A DNA stretch of 64,000 nt from Phoronis australis. Lineage: Eukaryota; Animalia; Phoronida. Below, one piece after another: positions 15,201-24,729 of this stretch. Within the stretch, counting starts at the first letter, position 1. Every line of letters starts with the position of its first letter. Below the pieces are notes generated by a model. The model was not told the DNA's origin, did not search any database, and saw only the letters and a list, made by a program, of their open reading frames with translations. The translations under genes and the position numbers were made by a program. The DNA is taken from positions 1,055,890 to 1,119,889 of the forward strand of contig NMRA01000062.1 of NCBI GenBank assembly GCA_002633005.1. The letters are read 5' to 3'.

Positions 15201-18200
15201 TGTGTGAACTTGTTGTCGATAACAAAATGATAACAGTCGATAGATCATGCATGTGATTGAAACCAGTCATGACATTGGCAACATTTGATTGACTTTTTTG
15301 GTTTCTTCGGGTCAACCACCTAAGACACCTGCTTGTTTTAAAAGCGGGAAGTCGTCGTCGAGAATCATTTAGATGTTTTTTCTGTTTCGCCCGGCGGAAC
15401 CAGAAAGTCTATCAAGCGCAGCCTGCGTATTACGACTTCAAGAGAAACTTGTTTCTTTTCTTTGGCCAAGAAAAATGTTAAATTTATCTTAAGTCAAAAC
15501 TTAAGGTAAGGAAAAAATAAGGAGGATCTTAGGAATTAGGATAAGGATAAGGAAAATATTATAGAGACTCAGCATACGGCCCCGGATCATCTTGACAAAA
15601 AAGACGAGATTCTGCAACAGCAATATGTATGAGACATTGTTTTGCTTCTACAGAACCTTTGACGTGTGTCTTTTGTTTCAGCTTGAAATTGTGTACCGAA
15701 ATAAACTTGAAAATTTCGCAGAAGTTATAATCCTGAAATTGAGGTGAGTTTAAATCTATTTAAAAAAAAACTCTTATTCGTGTCTGTCATGATATGTATC
15801 TCGACTAATTTCCGTATGTCTTCTTTTTGTATTTTGTCAGTAAATGTGTAAAATTCACATAGGTTATTGAAGAGTCTTTTATATTTAGGCCCAATGATTA
15901 AAAACCTTTTAAATCAATAGTTTTGTTGAGCGATGTTAGTTTTATGCTTTACTATTACTACATTGCCTATTTTCCTGATTTTCTTAAGTAAACTACTTCT
16001 TGATTGTGAGTGTCTCGATTTTTAGCGATTCGTTTTTATCACAAAAAGTTGCACCAATATTTGTCCTTTAATGTCTTGTTCTCACACCCGCGTGCATGTT
16101 TGTTTTGAACTAACAACAAATGTCTGGTTAGTCTTGGAGTTATTTTTGATTGTAAAATGCACCAATTTAAAATCTTGATTTTTCTATGCATTCCACTAAA
16201 ATGGCGATCATGTTGTGTTTCTGGGGTTGTGATTTTTTATGGTATGACTAAACCTAAACCTAATTGATTCAGATTTCCACGTTTACAACAAATTACGTCC
16301 CACAATGCCTTCACATGTGTTTATGCCCATTTTCAAGTTTGTTATGACGCCGTTTTAGAATTTGGTGTCGCCAGCTATCATTTAAGATCAAGGGCCACGG
16401 TTCGGGCTTCTGTAACTCCTTCAAACATGTTTTTGTCAAGCTCATTGGCAATTGTGTGGACGAGATAGGAAGTGATTGCCGAGAACTGCATTTAGGTGTT
16501 ATTTGATTTTTGAGTAAAAACAATTTACCTCTGCTGGCTTCTCAAACTTTTTGGGCACAAATTTAAATCAAAAGAGGGCGTAGGGAAATGACAAACTAAA
16601 TGTACTAACGATGGTAGACGTTGCCATCTACATAGGTTGATTCGTGTAGTGAGAAGCCGGCAAGAAATCACTGATGACTTCCTTAAAGGAGTGTTCTTTT
16701 TATTCTGCTCTGGTGTAATGTAGTTTTCAAGCTAGAACATTGCTTTTCAGACGCGGGAGCATTATTGTTGACCACACAGTTGTTCTGGACACTCCAGTGG
16801 CCCCCAGTGAAGAACAGCAGCTCCGAGTGGAGATTGCTCATGTTCTAGCGCTGCAGCAAACACTCACGGTTGGAAACGATACAGCGATTGTACAACAAAT
16901 CAACGGTAATTACTGCTAGCTGTAACTCAATACCATATTGTCTAAATTAGCGAATACTTGGGGCCCCGCCCAAGGGTGAGGCACCCCCTAGCCCCAGGAG
17001 CTACTCCGTGAAAATCTCCGCTTGGTAAACCTATTTTCATGTAGGTATTTATGTGGGAATGTTTAACGGTGTACCATGATGCTAATGAGCCTTCCACAGA
17101 CACCAAGTCAAGATGTCTAAACACATCTCGTACATATTACGCGAAATACAGAAACTCAAAGTGACCAGGAAACATGCCAAATCGCCACAGCTTGCGCAAT
17201 TTTGTATCAAATAATTTCGTTCAGGCTATGCTTTCGTTTATGAGCAGTGTGTCTTTCGTGTTGGAGGCCTCGGGTAAAGCAATCACGAGCTGTTATGGGT
17301 TGACGCAATGCATCAAAAAGGAATTATGAAATGCTTTAAATTACATGAATTATGGGGAGAGAAGTTCAATAAGGCTATCCCGGATTAAACAACGCACACT
17401 CGATTATCGCTGCGTTTAACCATAATGCTGTAAACGTTCAAGTATATTTGCTGCCTCGTTTTCTGTATTCATTTGCATTATTCTCTTCGTCCTTCCAATG
17501 CCAAGTTTGATCAAGTGGACAAATACCCGTGGATGAGTGATCTGAAATTCTTCCCATTTCCCGACATCAGTGAGAGACACAAAATGTGTCCGATTTCCAA
17601 AACTAGGTCACGCGCTTTCTTACCTCCCGAACAAAGGAGAAGTCTATCGTCGTGTAATCCGGGACGGCCTGTTACAGTCTGTCCTCGGATACGTTACTTG
17701 CTTGAGATTTATGTTTTTTCGCTAAGTTAGAGATAGCATCGGTCTGCTAATAGAGTGTATTCTGTCGATATATTAACAAAACAAGAAAACTATCAAATCT
17801 TTAGTGGTATTGCCGACTGAAAAGGCGTGTCATTTTGACTACTCATAGTAACAAGGGACCGTGGGACGGGGGATAACCATAAGTTTAGAAATCTACGTCT
17901 AAGTGTTATGTTGTGTCCATTATTTTTGTGTTGATGACGTTTATGAAATTTTACGGCTTTCGTTCAAAGCGTTGCTCCCAGCTGTGAACAGAAATTGCCA
18001 TGAAGTTAACACGTTTGTGACATAAGTTATCTAAAACACGAAGTTGGAGTACACTTGGTTCACAAGTTTTCCCCCCAAAATACCGGAGGAATGTCTTATG
18101 GGGCTACTCAAATTGACACACGTGTGACGACTAATGCCGCTCATACTACCCAGATGAACTACGTAGAGCGCAGCATAAATGAGATGTAGTTACACTATTC

Positions 18201-21200
18201 TGTATTTTTGTTATGAGGAGATTAAAATTATGTGTAGTTCTATTGTTACTTTCATTTAATTTGCAGTAACCTGCACAACTTTGCCGACGTATTGCATAAA
18301 CGGTGGAATATGTCGAGATGTAAACAACAGCGTTGCTTGCAGGTGAGCTTGTCTTCTTCAGTTATTCTTTTCTCAATACCTTCTGGTTGATTCATAGTTA
18401 GACATGTCCAGTAACTGCGGGCTATATTGTGTTCCAATTCACAATAGGAGTGTAATCGCCCTTTATAAAATTTTAGTTTCGTCTTCGTCAATTTAGTCGA
18501 AACGTCGATGCCTCAAACCATTTAATTAGTCGCACAAAATGTGCAAAGTCAAGCGACTATCCTTGTCTTGGCGTTGTGTTCCCGGATGCATGTAACAGTC
18601 CCAAATACGTACTCGACTAAGGTAATTCTAATGGGTGCCTATGAGCTTGTAAAAACACTGAGTGTCCTTTCTTAGGCTGTTTTAGCTTCATGGCTATCAT
18701 TTTTGGCTGTGATAGAAAGCAAGAGTAAATTCTAAGTTGAATTCTCGTTATTATTGAAAATAAGTAGGGATTTTTTTCTGCAACGCCCCTAATTTAACCA
18801 ACAAGTCCCTATTTTTTCAATGAACAAAGGGCTCATATCTTAATTATATTATTAAGTAATGTCATAAGTAAAAGAAGAGTTCATGATGAAGATAATATGA
18901 TAGAAAAATATTACATCTATGAGTAAAGAACGTCACAGATATGCAAAAGATTTATGGGTTTTTAATTGGGTCCCTGTTTGGGACTGTTTCATTCAATGGA
19001 TTCCTACTTTAAAATAGGGACAGTCTCTATTTTATTATGCGCCCACATATTTATTAGTGGACGCATTATCCTGTCATCTGCATCCGTCCGGGCGGCGTCC
19101 GTCCGGTGTACGGCGTCCGCTGCTCTATCTCCAAAACCGATTGACGTATGTTCGTGAAATTTTGCACGTGTTCCTTTCATATATGGGACGGCATGAGCGA
19201 ACTTTGGGACAGGTCCGACTTCCAGTGTGCCCCCTAGTGGCAAATTTAGTTTTTTTACGTTTAGCTCTGTATCTTCAAAGGTCCTCAACGTATTTTCATA
19301 AAATTCGGTGTATAGGCATCAGAGAGACGACGGTGTCCTCCCGCTTAGGATGGATTCGATATAGTTTGCGCCACCTAGTGGCCATTTTTACTGTTTTCGA
19401 GTCTGTTTTTTGACGTCCACCCCTCTGTCAACCAAACCGCTTTAAGCATGATTGTGAAAATTGGCATGTATGTTCTTAATATGAAGAGGACGGTTGACGA
19501 TGATTTTACGACGACTTCGACTACTGTGGTGCCTCCTCGTGGCAGTTTTTTGCGCCTATAGCTATATCCCCTGAACCGTTTGCAGCATCTTTACTAAATT
19601 TAGTAAGTGCATTGATATGATGTTGACAATGGACGACGACGACTTTCGGACAGATCTGGCGACTGCTGTGCCACCTAGTGGTAATTTTAGTTTTACGTTT
19701 ACTTCTGTATCTTCAAAGGTCCTCAACAGATTTTCATAAAATTTTGAATACAGGCACCTATTGGTGAGATGACACTATCGTCCTGTTTTCGGATGGAATC
19801 GTGGTATTTTGCGCCACCTAGTACCATTTTTGCTGTTACCTCTCTATCAACCAAACTAGTCTAAGGATGGTTTTGAAAATTGGCGTATATATTCTCAGTG
19901 TGAAGAGGACGGTTGATGATGACGACTTTGACTACTCTGGCGCCTCCTAGTGATAGTTTTGTTTTGTTTTGCAGACATAGCTCTATCTTCTAATCCCATT
20001 GCACGATCTTTCATCAATTTTGTAAGGGTTTATATGAAGCTAACAACAGACAATGACGACCTTGAGGCGGATCCAATGAACACTGTGCACCCTAGTGGCA
20101 ATTTCATTTTATTCTGTTTTCCTTTGTTTCTCTGAAGTTCCGTGACGTATTTCTATAGCTTTCTTTTAAAGAAGCAATGACATGCTCCCGTTTTCGGACG
20201 GATTGTTTGTTTTTGCGCCATCTAGTGGCCATTTTTATGACACAAATAAGCAACCCCAAAAGCATACCCTTTGCGATGCATTCGTGGGCGCTCTTGTTTT
20301 GGATAAGGACATAGGAATTCAAGTACTTCTTCAAACCATGGAATCATATCTCAGGCATCTCAAAAGCTTCAGTATACTTGCCTGTGTGGTTACTTTAATT
20401 GTTTGTTCTTTTGTTTGACCTTTGTTCTTCTATGTAGTTGTCAGTTTGCCATTTTTAAAACTGAGCGTGTCTTATTTGCAGTTGCCCTGATGGTGTATCC
20501 GGTGCGTATTGTCAGAACGTGGGGCCCGGATCAGTACAAGACGTGTTACCAATCATCGCCGGAGCTACCATATCCGGCATCCTTCTTATCATCATCATTG
20601 TCTGTGCGTCTATAGCTATATGGTACCGCCGACGGCAGAAGAGGAAAGCAAGAAACATGTAAGTAATTATCACTCAGTGCGTCTGCACTCCACCGCCTAC
20701 AGCAACGTCTTGATTTTAATAATTAAACAATAAAATCAATTTACTGCTCCAGTAATTAAAAACTGACAGAAGTAAACTTTCAATCTATTTAAAACCCAAT
20801 GTTGCCACATTTTGCTCTGACTTCTGTTTCTTCACTGAGAGTCATTTTTGTTGATGCGACACAACTGCTCGAATTTTATGCCTAGCTCTGACGGGTGGCA
20901 ATGCTCAATCTACGCTTCATTTTCATTAGGAAATTGCTGGATGTAATGCGAACACCTGGAATATCACTAGGGGGCAGTCTGTTCCGACTGTCAGTCAACG
21001 TCAGTTCCACCTGGATTAACACTCAGTTTCGTTGTAATTGCAGGCTGCATTACCAAGATGCCTTCTTCTCGGGTAAACCAGGTGTTTTTAGGCAACAGTT
21101 CCTAGGAAGAAGACCCGACCCTCTAAACTACAGTGAGAGCGGTGATAGCTGGGACCGAATTAGCAATATAACCCTTCACAGAACTCGAGGAGAAAGTGAG

Positions 21201-23972
21201 TTTCCTTGGAGAGTATGTTTTGCAACTACAGAAATCCTGTGTCAGGATTGATTGCTTTGTTATAGCCCATGTCTTTGTACACTGAACACAGCGTAGTTAC
21301 GTTCTCGGTCATTTTAACATAACCAGAGTACATCCCATGAAAGAAAGACGCAGTTGTATATCCGGTTTGGGCTGTTTCCCACCTGCGTGCAAATCAATAT
21401 TGCATCAAGTTAATAATTTTGTGTTGCTCTATGTTTCAAATCTCACCTCTGGTGAAACTAGTTAAAAATTACCTGTTCTTTAGACTATCTCCCGCGCATG
21501 ATGCGAGATGTGCCCCACGGTGGCTATCACGGACGAAGCTTCCCCAGGGGGATGACAATGGACTTCGGAGAAGATGATTATATGGCGCCGCGGATGGAGC
21601 CTGGCGACAACTACTATTATCACATGTTTAACAGCAGTGAAGATGTGAGTTACTTTATGCATGGGCCTGTTAACAGCATATGATTTAGCCGCGGAATGTT
21701 GGCTATTTTACTTTATTTTTTTCCAAGGGCTAGAATTCCAATCGTATGTGGTTTGCTAATTACGAATGCAAGCAATTGTGACCGTGAACCAGTTCATCCG
21801 CCAACGAGCATTTTCGTTTTTTATGCGCCCACATATTTATTTATATGTGGTTGCATATTGCCGTCATCTCTGTCTGGCGTCCGGGGGTCCAGCGTCCGTT
21901 GTCCGCAACTGTATCTCCTAAGGCCCTTGCGGGATCGTATTGAAATTTGGCAGGTGCCTATGGGGACTTCGACAGAGGGCGACGAGTTTCTGACCGACCC
22001 GAATACCGCTGTGCCCCCTAGTGGCATTTTTATTTTTTTGCGTTTGCCTCTGTATCTTTAAAGGTCTTCAACCGATTTTCATGAAATGTGGTACATAGGC
22101 ATCTATTAATGAGTTGACGATATCCTCCCGTTTTTGGGATTGCTTAGATGGATTTTACGCCATCTAGTGGCCATGTTTACTTTTTTCGAGTCGTTTTTTT
22201 GGCATCCGCCCCTCTAACAACCAAACCACTCGAAGGATGATTTTGAAACTTGGCATGTATGATCATACTATGAAGAAGACAGCTGACGATGATTTTCCGA
22301 TGACTTCGACTACTGTGGCGCCTCCTAGTTGCAGTTTTTTTGTTTTTGCGCCCATGACTGTATCTCCTAAACGCTCTACAGGATCATTATTAAATTTAGC
22401 AAATGTATTTATATAAAGTTGACAACAGACTTCGACGACTTTCGGTCAGATCGGTCTACCGGTGTTTATCGCTGTATCTTCAAAGGACTCAATGGACTTC
22501 CATAAAATTTGGCACATAGACATCCATCAGTGAGGTGACGCTTGCCATTCATCTTCGGATTGATTCAAATTTTTTGCGCCACCAAGTGGCCATTTTTGTT
22601 ATTCTTTAGTCTGTTTTTTGGCGTTCGTCCCTCTGTCAACCAAACCACTCTAAGGATGGTTGTGAAAGTTGGCATGTATGTACTTTCTATGTAGGGGACG
22701 GTTGCCGATGATTTTCTGATGACTTCGACTTCTGTAGCGCCTCCTAGTGGCGTTTTTTTGCACCCATACCTGTATCTGCCCTCTTCATGATCTTTATGAA
22801 ATTTAGCACGTGTATTTACATGAAGTTAACTAGAAAAGATTAGGACCTTTAGACAGATCCGATGAACAATGCGTCCCCTAGTGGCAGTTTCGTTTTTTTA
22901 TTTGTTTTCCTGTGTTTCTCTGAAGTTCATCTGCGAATTTAAATTAAAGTTGGTAAATGGCTTTCTTTTAAAGAAACAATGACATTGTTTTGGTTTTCAG
23001 ACGGATTTGGCGTATTTTGCCTCATCTAGTGGCCATTTTAATGATACAAATAAACAACCCTAAGAGCACACCAATTGCGATGCATTCGTGGGCGCATTTC
23101 AACTCTCCACGTTGCTGTTGTTAAAGAAAAAGGCTTTCCACGCCTGACCTTGGTGGTCGCTTACCTGTGTATCTGCTAACTATCGTTCATGCTTGACAAC
23201 TGCTTTTAAGTCAGGATTATTGTTTCATTACCAATACCTTTTTATCCCCAGGACCATTCATCAGATCCACCAAGACGACCTCGTGATTCATCTTCCTTTT
23301 ACAAGTACGTCATTAAGGTGTTAGAGTGAGCTTTTTATTGTTTTCCGTAGCGCAGTGTGAAGGGGAAGTCAAAACAGGTACTCATGAAAAATGGCAACAC
23401 TGAAATCAACGTTTCATGCGAAGGATCCGCAGTTTCTTCAACAACTTCGCATATTGCGTCACTCCGGATCCGTTCCATGTCGCAATCAGTGGCTCAAACT
23501 ATACCCAGGCAACTGTCTTCAGACCGCTGTACGACTCCGGAGTTAAATATAAGTCACCTCGGGAGTAGGCAAATTGCTTTGCTCTCTCTGATTTTGTTGG
23601 CGCTTTCTGGGACTCTTCCCAAACCTGCCTGATGTGTCTGTTTATTGTCGAAATAATTGTTTAAAACATTACAAATCTATTTAATTTTTATCTTAGGACT
23701 GTTGATCAATGGGAGACCTCTTATCTAAAAATCATTTCCTCATTTTACCGACTTGTTTTCTTAAAAGTCTCTTAGTTTTTATCGTAACTACTATGAATAA
23801 TATAAATTATTTCAATTAAGATCTACTTAAAAGCATGTATTTTAAATACGAGGAATTTTTCAAGAACAGGTAATTGAGTCTACGCCTTTACTTTGTTAAC
23901 CTACAACCCCGTTTATATATTCGTTTTTATTTGTTTTGTTTCAGATACGATAATTCGATGTCTTCTTCATAA
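60..23972 (+). CDS. Multi-exon gene, 5'-incomplete: MUC4-like transmembrane mucin (VWD, cadherin/Ig-like, multiple EGF/cbEGF, Ser-rich PTS, SEA, EGF, TM, cytoplasmic tail)
   Basis: 23 GT-AG exons join with consistent phases into one ORF ending in TAA at 23970-23972. Motifs: GDPH, repeated D(I/V)(D/N)EC cbEGF, STSQQPSTSVD repeats, LRRGSIIV, hydrophobic helix followed by RRRQKRK. Confidence 0.9.
394..507 (+). CDS. Mucin gene 1 exon: VWD (GLDVYVNSQK...ATAVFES)
   Basis: tttcttccag| acceptor, |gtaagt donor, phase 1-1, open frame. Confidence 0.85.
533..680. mobile_element. Short MITE-like repeat; related inverted partial copy at ~55275-55379
   Basis: ttagagggggggccatgcccc...aaattctcccggattccgtttgg corresponds in reverse complement to caaatggaattcgggaaaatttt...catgcccccccccctctaa at 55.3 kb; ends in ggatccgcccc. 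Confidence 0.5.
1395..1589 (+). CDS. Mucin gene 1 exon: VWD (GFIVTVTVTTGLLDF...TAGLLGILNSDTSDDF...)
   Basis: tttcag| acceptor, |gtaagc donor. T-x-GLLG-x-x-N-x-D-x-x-DDF is the VWD motif. Confidence 0.9.
1957..2193 (+). CDS. Mucin gene 1 exon: VWD C-terminal region (W...ACGSSVECLFDYAATGD)
   Basis: ttctcag| acceptor, |gtaggt donor. C...CLFD..ATG is typical after VWD in MUC4/SUSD2-like proteins. Confidence 0.9.
3205..3424 (+). CDS. Mucin gene 1 exon: cadherin/Ig-like module (PPTISG...SSSDVNGDNITLSAVGLPSDLTFDP...ISWTP)
   Basis: tttcag| acceptor, |gtatgt donor, phase 1-2 matching the next exon. Confidence 0.85.
3724..3899 (+). CDS. Mucin gene 1 exon: end of Ig-like module plus EGF-like (FMATDS...ACQNGA...CQCSTGWEG)
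   Basis: tatag| acceptor, |gtattg donor, EGF cysteine spacing. Confidence 0.85.
4136..4300 (+). CDS. Mucin gene 1 exon: EGF (DIDGCADSPC...CGPCPAGF)
   Basis: ttccag| acceptor, |gtaaga donor. Confidence 0.9.
4574..4630. repeat. 30-bp tandem duplication (ttcaattYtggtcatattgctttgatt x2)
   Basis: Directly visible in the sequence. Confidence 0.85.
4802..4930 (+). CDS. Mucin gene 1 exon: cbEGF (DLDECENSSLNLCQQTCLNKDNGQGYECACNSGY)
   Basis: ttgtag| acceptor, |gtgggt donor. Not in the ORF track; translated by hand. Confidence 0.9.
5119..5247 (+). CDS. Mucin gene 1 exon: cbEGF ([30 protein letters not shown])
   Basis: tttcag| acceptor, |gtaagc donor. Confidence 0.9.
6721..6846 (+). CDS. Mucin gene 1 exon: EGF (DLCSANDRKCSHFCIFNATTANYTCGCPLGY)
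   Basis: ttgcag| acceptor, |gtaagg donor. Confidence 0.9.
7251..7379 (+). CDS. Mucin gene 1 exon: cbEGF (DINECKNAASYCQQPHHCVNTEGGYKCGCDDGY)
   Basis: tttcacag| acceptor, |gtgagt donor. Confidence 0.9.
9080..9340 (+). CDS. Mucin gene 1 exon: laminin/MEGF-type EGF plus cbEGF (WGPNCNNTCDC...DVDECQQ)
   Basis: ttccag| acceptor, |gtaagt donor. Confidence 0.9.
9520..9773 (+). CDS. Mucin gene 1 exon: two cbEGF modules
   Basis: ttttcag| acceptor, phase-0 donor gat|gtgagt joining to GAA TGT (D|EC) of the next exon. Confidence 0.9.
10120..10206. repeat. (GT)n/(GC)n microsatellite
   Basis: Directly visible in the sequence. Confidence 0.95.
10495..13945 (+). CDS. Mucin gene 1 giant exon: five EGF/cbEGF modules plus ~940-aa Ser-rich PTS tract
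   Basis: ttttgcag| acceptor at 10494, ttag|gtaagc donor; matches ORF 10477-14040. Confidence 0.92.
11360..13760 (+). repeat. Coding minisatellite, 36-bp/12-aa unit (consensus STSQQPSTSVDx)
   Basis: tctacttctcaacaa recurs at 36-bp spacing. Confidence 0.95.
14482..14597 (+). CDS. Mucin gene 1 exon: SEA domain N-part (VKLLGLDFQDIYENMSNPDTADF)
   Basis: ttacag| acceptor, |gtgagt donor, SEA-like F...N..(T/S)..F pattern. Confidence 0.85.
15682..15743 (+). CDS. Mucin gene 1 exon: SEA (LEIVYRNKLENFAEVIILKLR)
   Basis: tgtttcag| acceptor, |gtgagt donor, phase 0-2 bridging its neighbours. Confidence 0.85.
16751..16905 (+). CDS. Mucin gene 1 exon: SEA cleavage motif (RGSIIVDHTVVL...)
   Basis: cttttcag| acceptor, |gtaatt donor. 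GSIIV matches the SEA G^SVVV motif. Confidence 0.88.
18267..18342 (+). CDS. Mucin gene 1 exon: juxtamembrane EGF, first part (CTTLPTYCINGGICRDVNNSVAC)
   Basis: tttgcag| acceptor, |gtgagc donor. Confidence 0.88.
19029..20300 (+). mobile_element. Non-autonomous Helentron-associated (HINE/DINE-1-like) element with internal ~145-bp tandem array, copy 1
   Basis: T-rich start, subterminal inverted repeat gcgcccac (19039) / gtgggcgc (20284), (GTCC)-type microsatellite near the 5' end, diverged internal repeats; second copy at 21.8-23.1 kb. Confidence 0.75.
20482..20658 (+). CDS. Mucin gene 1 exon: end of EGF plus transmembrane helix (CPDGVSGAYC...LPIIAGATISGILLIIIIVCASIAIW-YRRRQKRK)
   Basis: atttgcag| acceptor, |gtaagt donor; hydrophobic stretch followed by a basic stop-transfer cluster. 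Confidence 0.9.
21092..21195 (+). CDS. Mucin gene 1 exon: cytoplasmic tail (QQFLGRRPDPLNYSESGDSWDRISN...)
   Basis: tttttag| acceptor, |gtgagt donor, phase 2-1 consistent with neighbours. Confidence 0.75.
21484..21644 (+). CDS. Mucin gene 1 exon: cytoplasmic tail (YLPRMMRD...EDDYMAPRMEPGDNYYYHMFNSSED)
   Basis: ttctttag| acceptor, |gtgagt donor. Confidence 0.8.
21817..23122 (+). mobile_element. Non-autonomous Helentron-associated (HINE-like) element, copy 2
   Basis: Same tttatgcgcccacatattt start and ttgcgatgcattcgtgggcgc end as copy 1, 3' caac..gttg mini-hairpin, colinear internal repeats. Confidence 0.75.
23252..23304 (+). CDS. Mucin gene 1 exon: cytoplasmic tail (DHSSDPPRRPRDSSSFYK)
   Basis: ttttatccccag| acceptor, |gtacgt donor, phase 0-2. 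Confidence 0.65.
23945..23972 (+). CDS. Mucin gene 1 terminal coding exon (YDNSMSSS*)
   Basis: Strong pyrimidine tract ttttgtttcag|, phase 2, stop TAA, followed by AT-rich UTR with AATAAA. Confidence 0.65.
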
Positions 23973-24081
23973 GGAATGGAAACTCAATGCAATGATGGGA
24001 TCGGCGTTCAACTCCAGACGCAATTAAAAGTTTTTGATAACTACTGCTAGGTTAGAAAAAATAGAATATACATTTTTGTAA

Positions 24082-24087
24082 AATAAA
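24082..24087 (+). promoter_or_regulatory. Candidate proximal polyadenylation signal of mucin gene 1
   Basis: AATAAA ~110 nt after the stop, with a GT/T-rich stretch downstream. Confidence 0.4.
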
Positions 24088-24300
24088 ACCAGTTTGCTGA
24101 CTTGTATAAAATAGGTGTATGTTAGGAATTTGTTGTTTGTTATTAATTATTGTTAGGCTTAAAATTCAAGATTAATGTGTATATATTTGTAAACTAATAC
24201 TGTTTGATAATGTCGACAACAATTGATTCTGTTTGTTGACGTTCTCTGTGCATAATTGTCCATGTAATTTCGTTCATGGCGTTTGAAAGTTATAAAAATT

Positions 24301-24542
24301 CATGCGCGCACCCATCCTTCAATGTGGGGGCTCGAATTCCTGGTGTTGTGAACCTTTTGATAACAAAAAAGCGGTCAGACTAAAAAAAAAAACGAGGGCA
24401 CCACTGTGAATTGCGCGTTTGTGTTTGTTTAGTGGACTTTTGTCTCATTTTCTCGAACTTTTTCTTTGAGGTGGACCTTTTTGCCCACGTCGCCAAATGG
24501 GGGGCTTATTCGAGCCCTCCGAGCCCCCTGGATGCGCGCATG
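24301..24542 (+). mobile_element. MITE, family CATGCGCGCACCC, copy 1
   Basis: Terminal inverted repeats catgcgcgcaccca / tggatgcgcgcatg; interior shared with copies at 31.6, 55.7 and 56.6 kb. Confidence 0.8.
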
Positions 24543-24723
24543 AATTTCCATGATGGCTTTTGAAGTGTAACTAAAATGCGATTTTGTTTCAGGACGGGAT
24601 GTCGCATGTTTCTTTATTGTTATTTTAATTTAGGAATTTATTAACTTATCTATTTTAAGAAATTTGTATTGCCTGAATAACGTACGTGATATTCACTTGT
24701 TATATGCCCGATTATGTTCATGT

Positions 24724-24729
24724 AATAAA
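24724..24729 (+). promoter_or_regulatory. Candidate distal polyadenylation signal of mucin gene 1
   Basis: AATAAA after a T-rich, UTR-like stretch. Confidence 0.4.

Noticed and set aside
19029-20300. CRISPR-like appearance (short conserved motif with spacers)
   Set aside because: Eukaryotic context; spacers are ~130 bp and homologous to one another; no cas genes.
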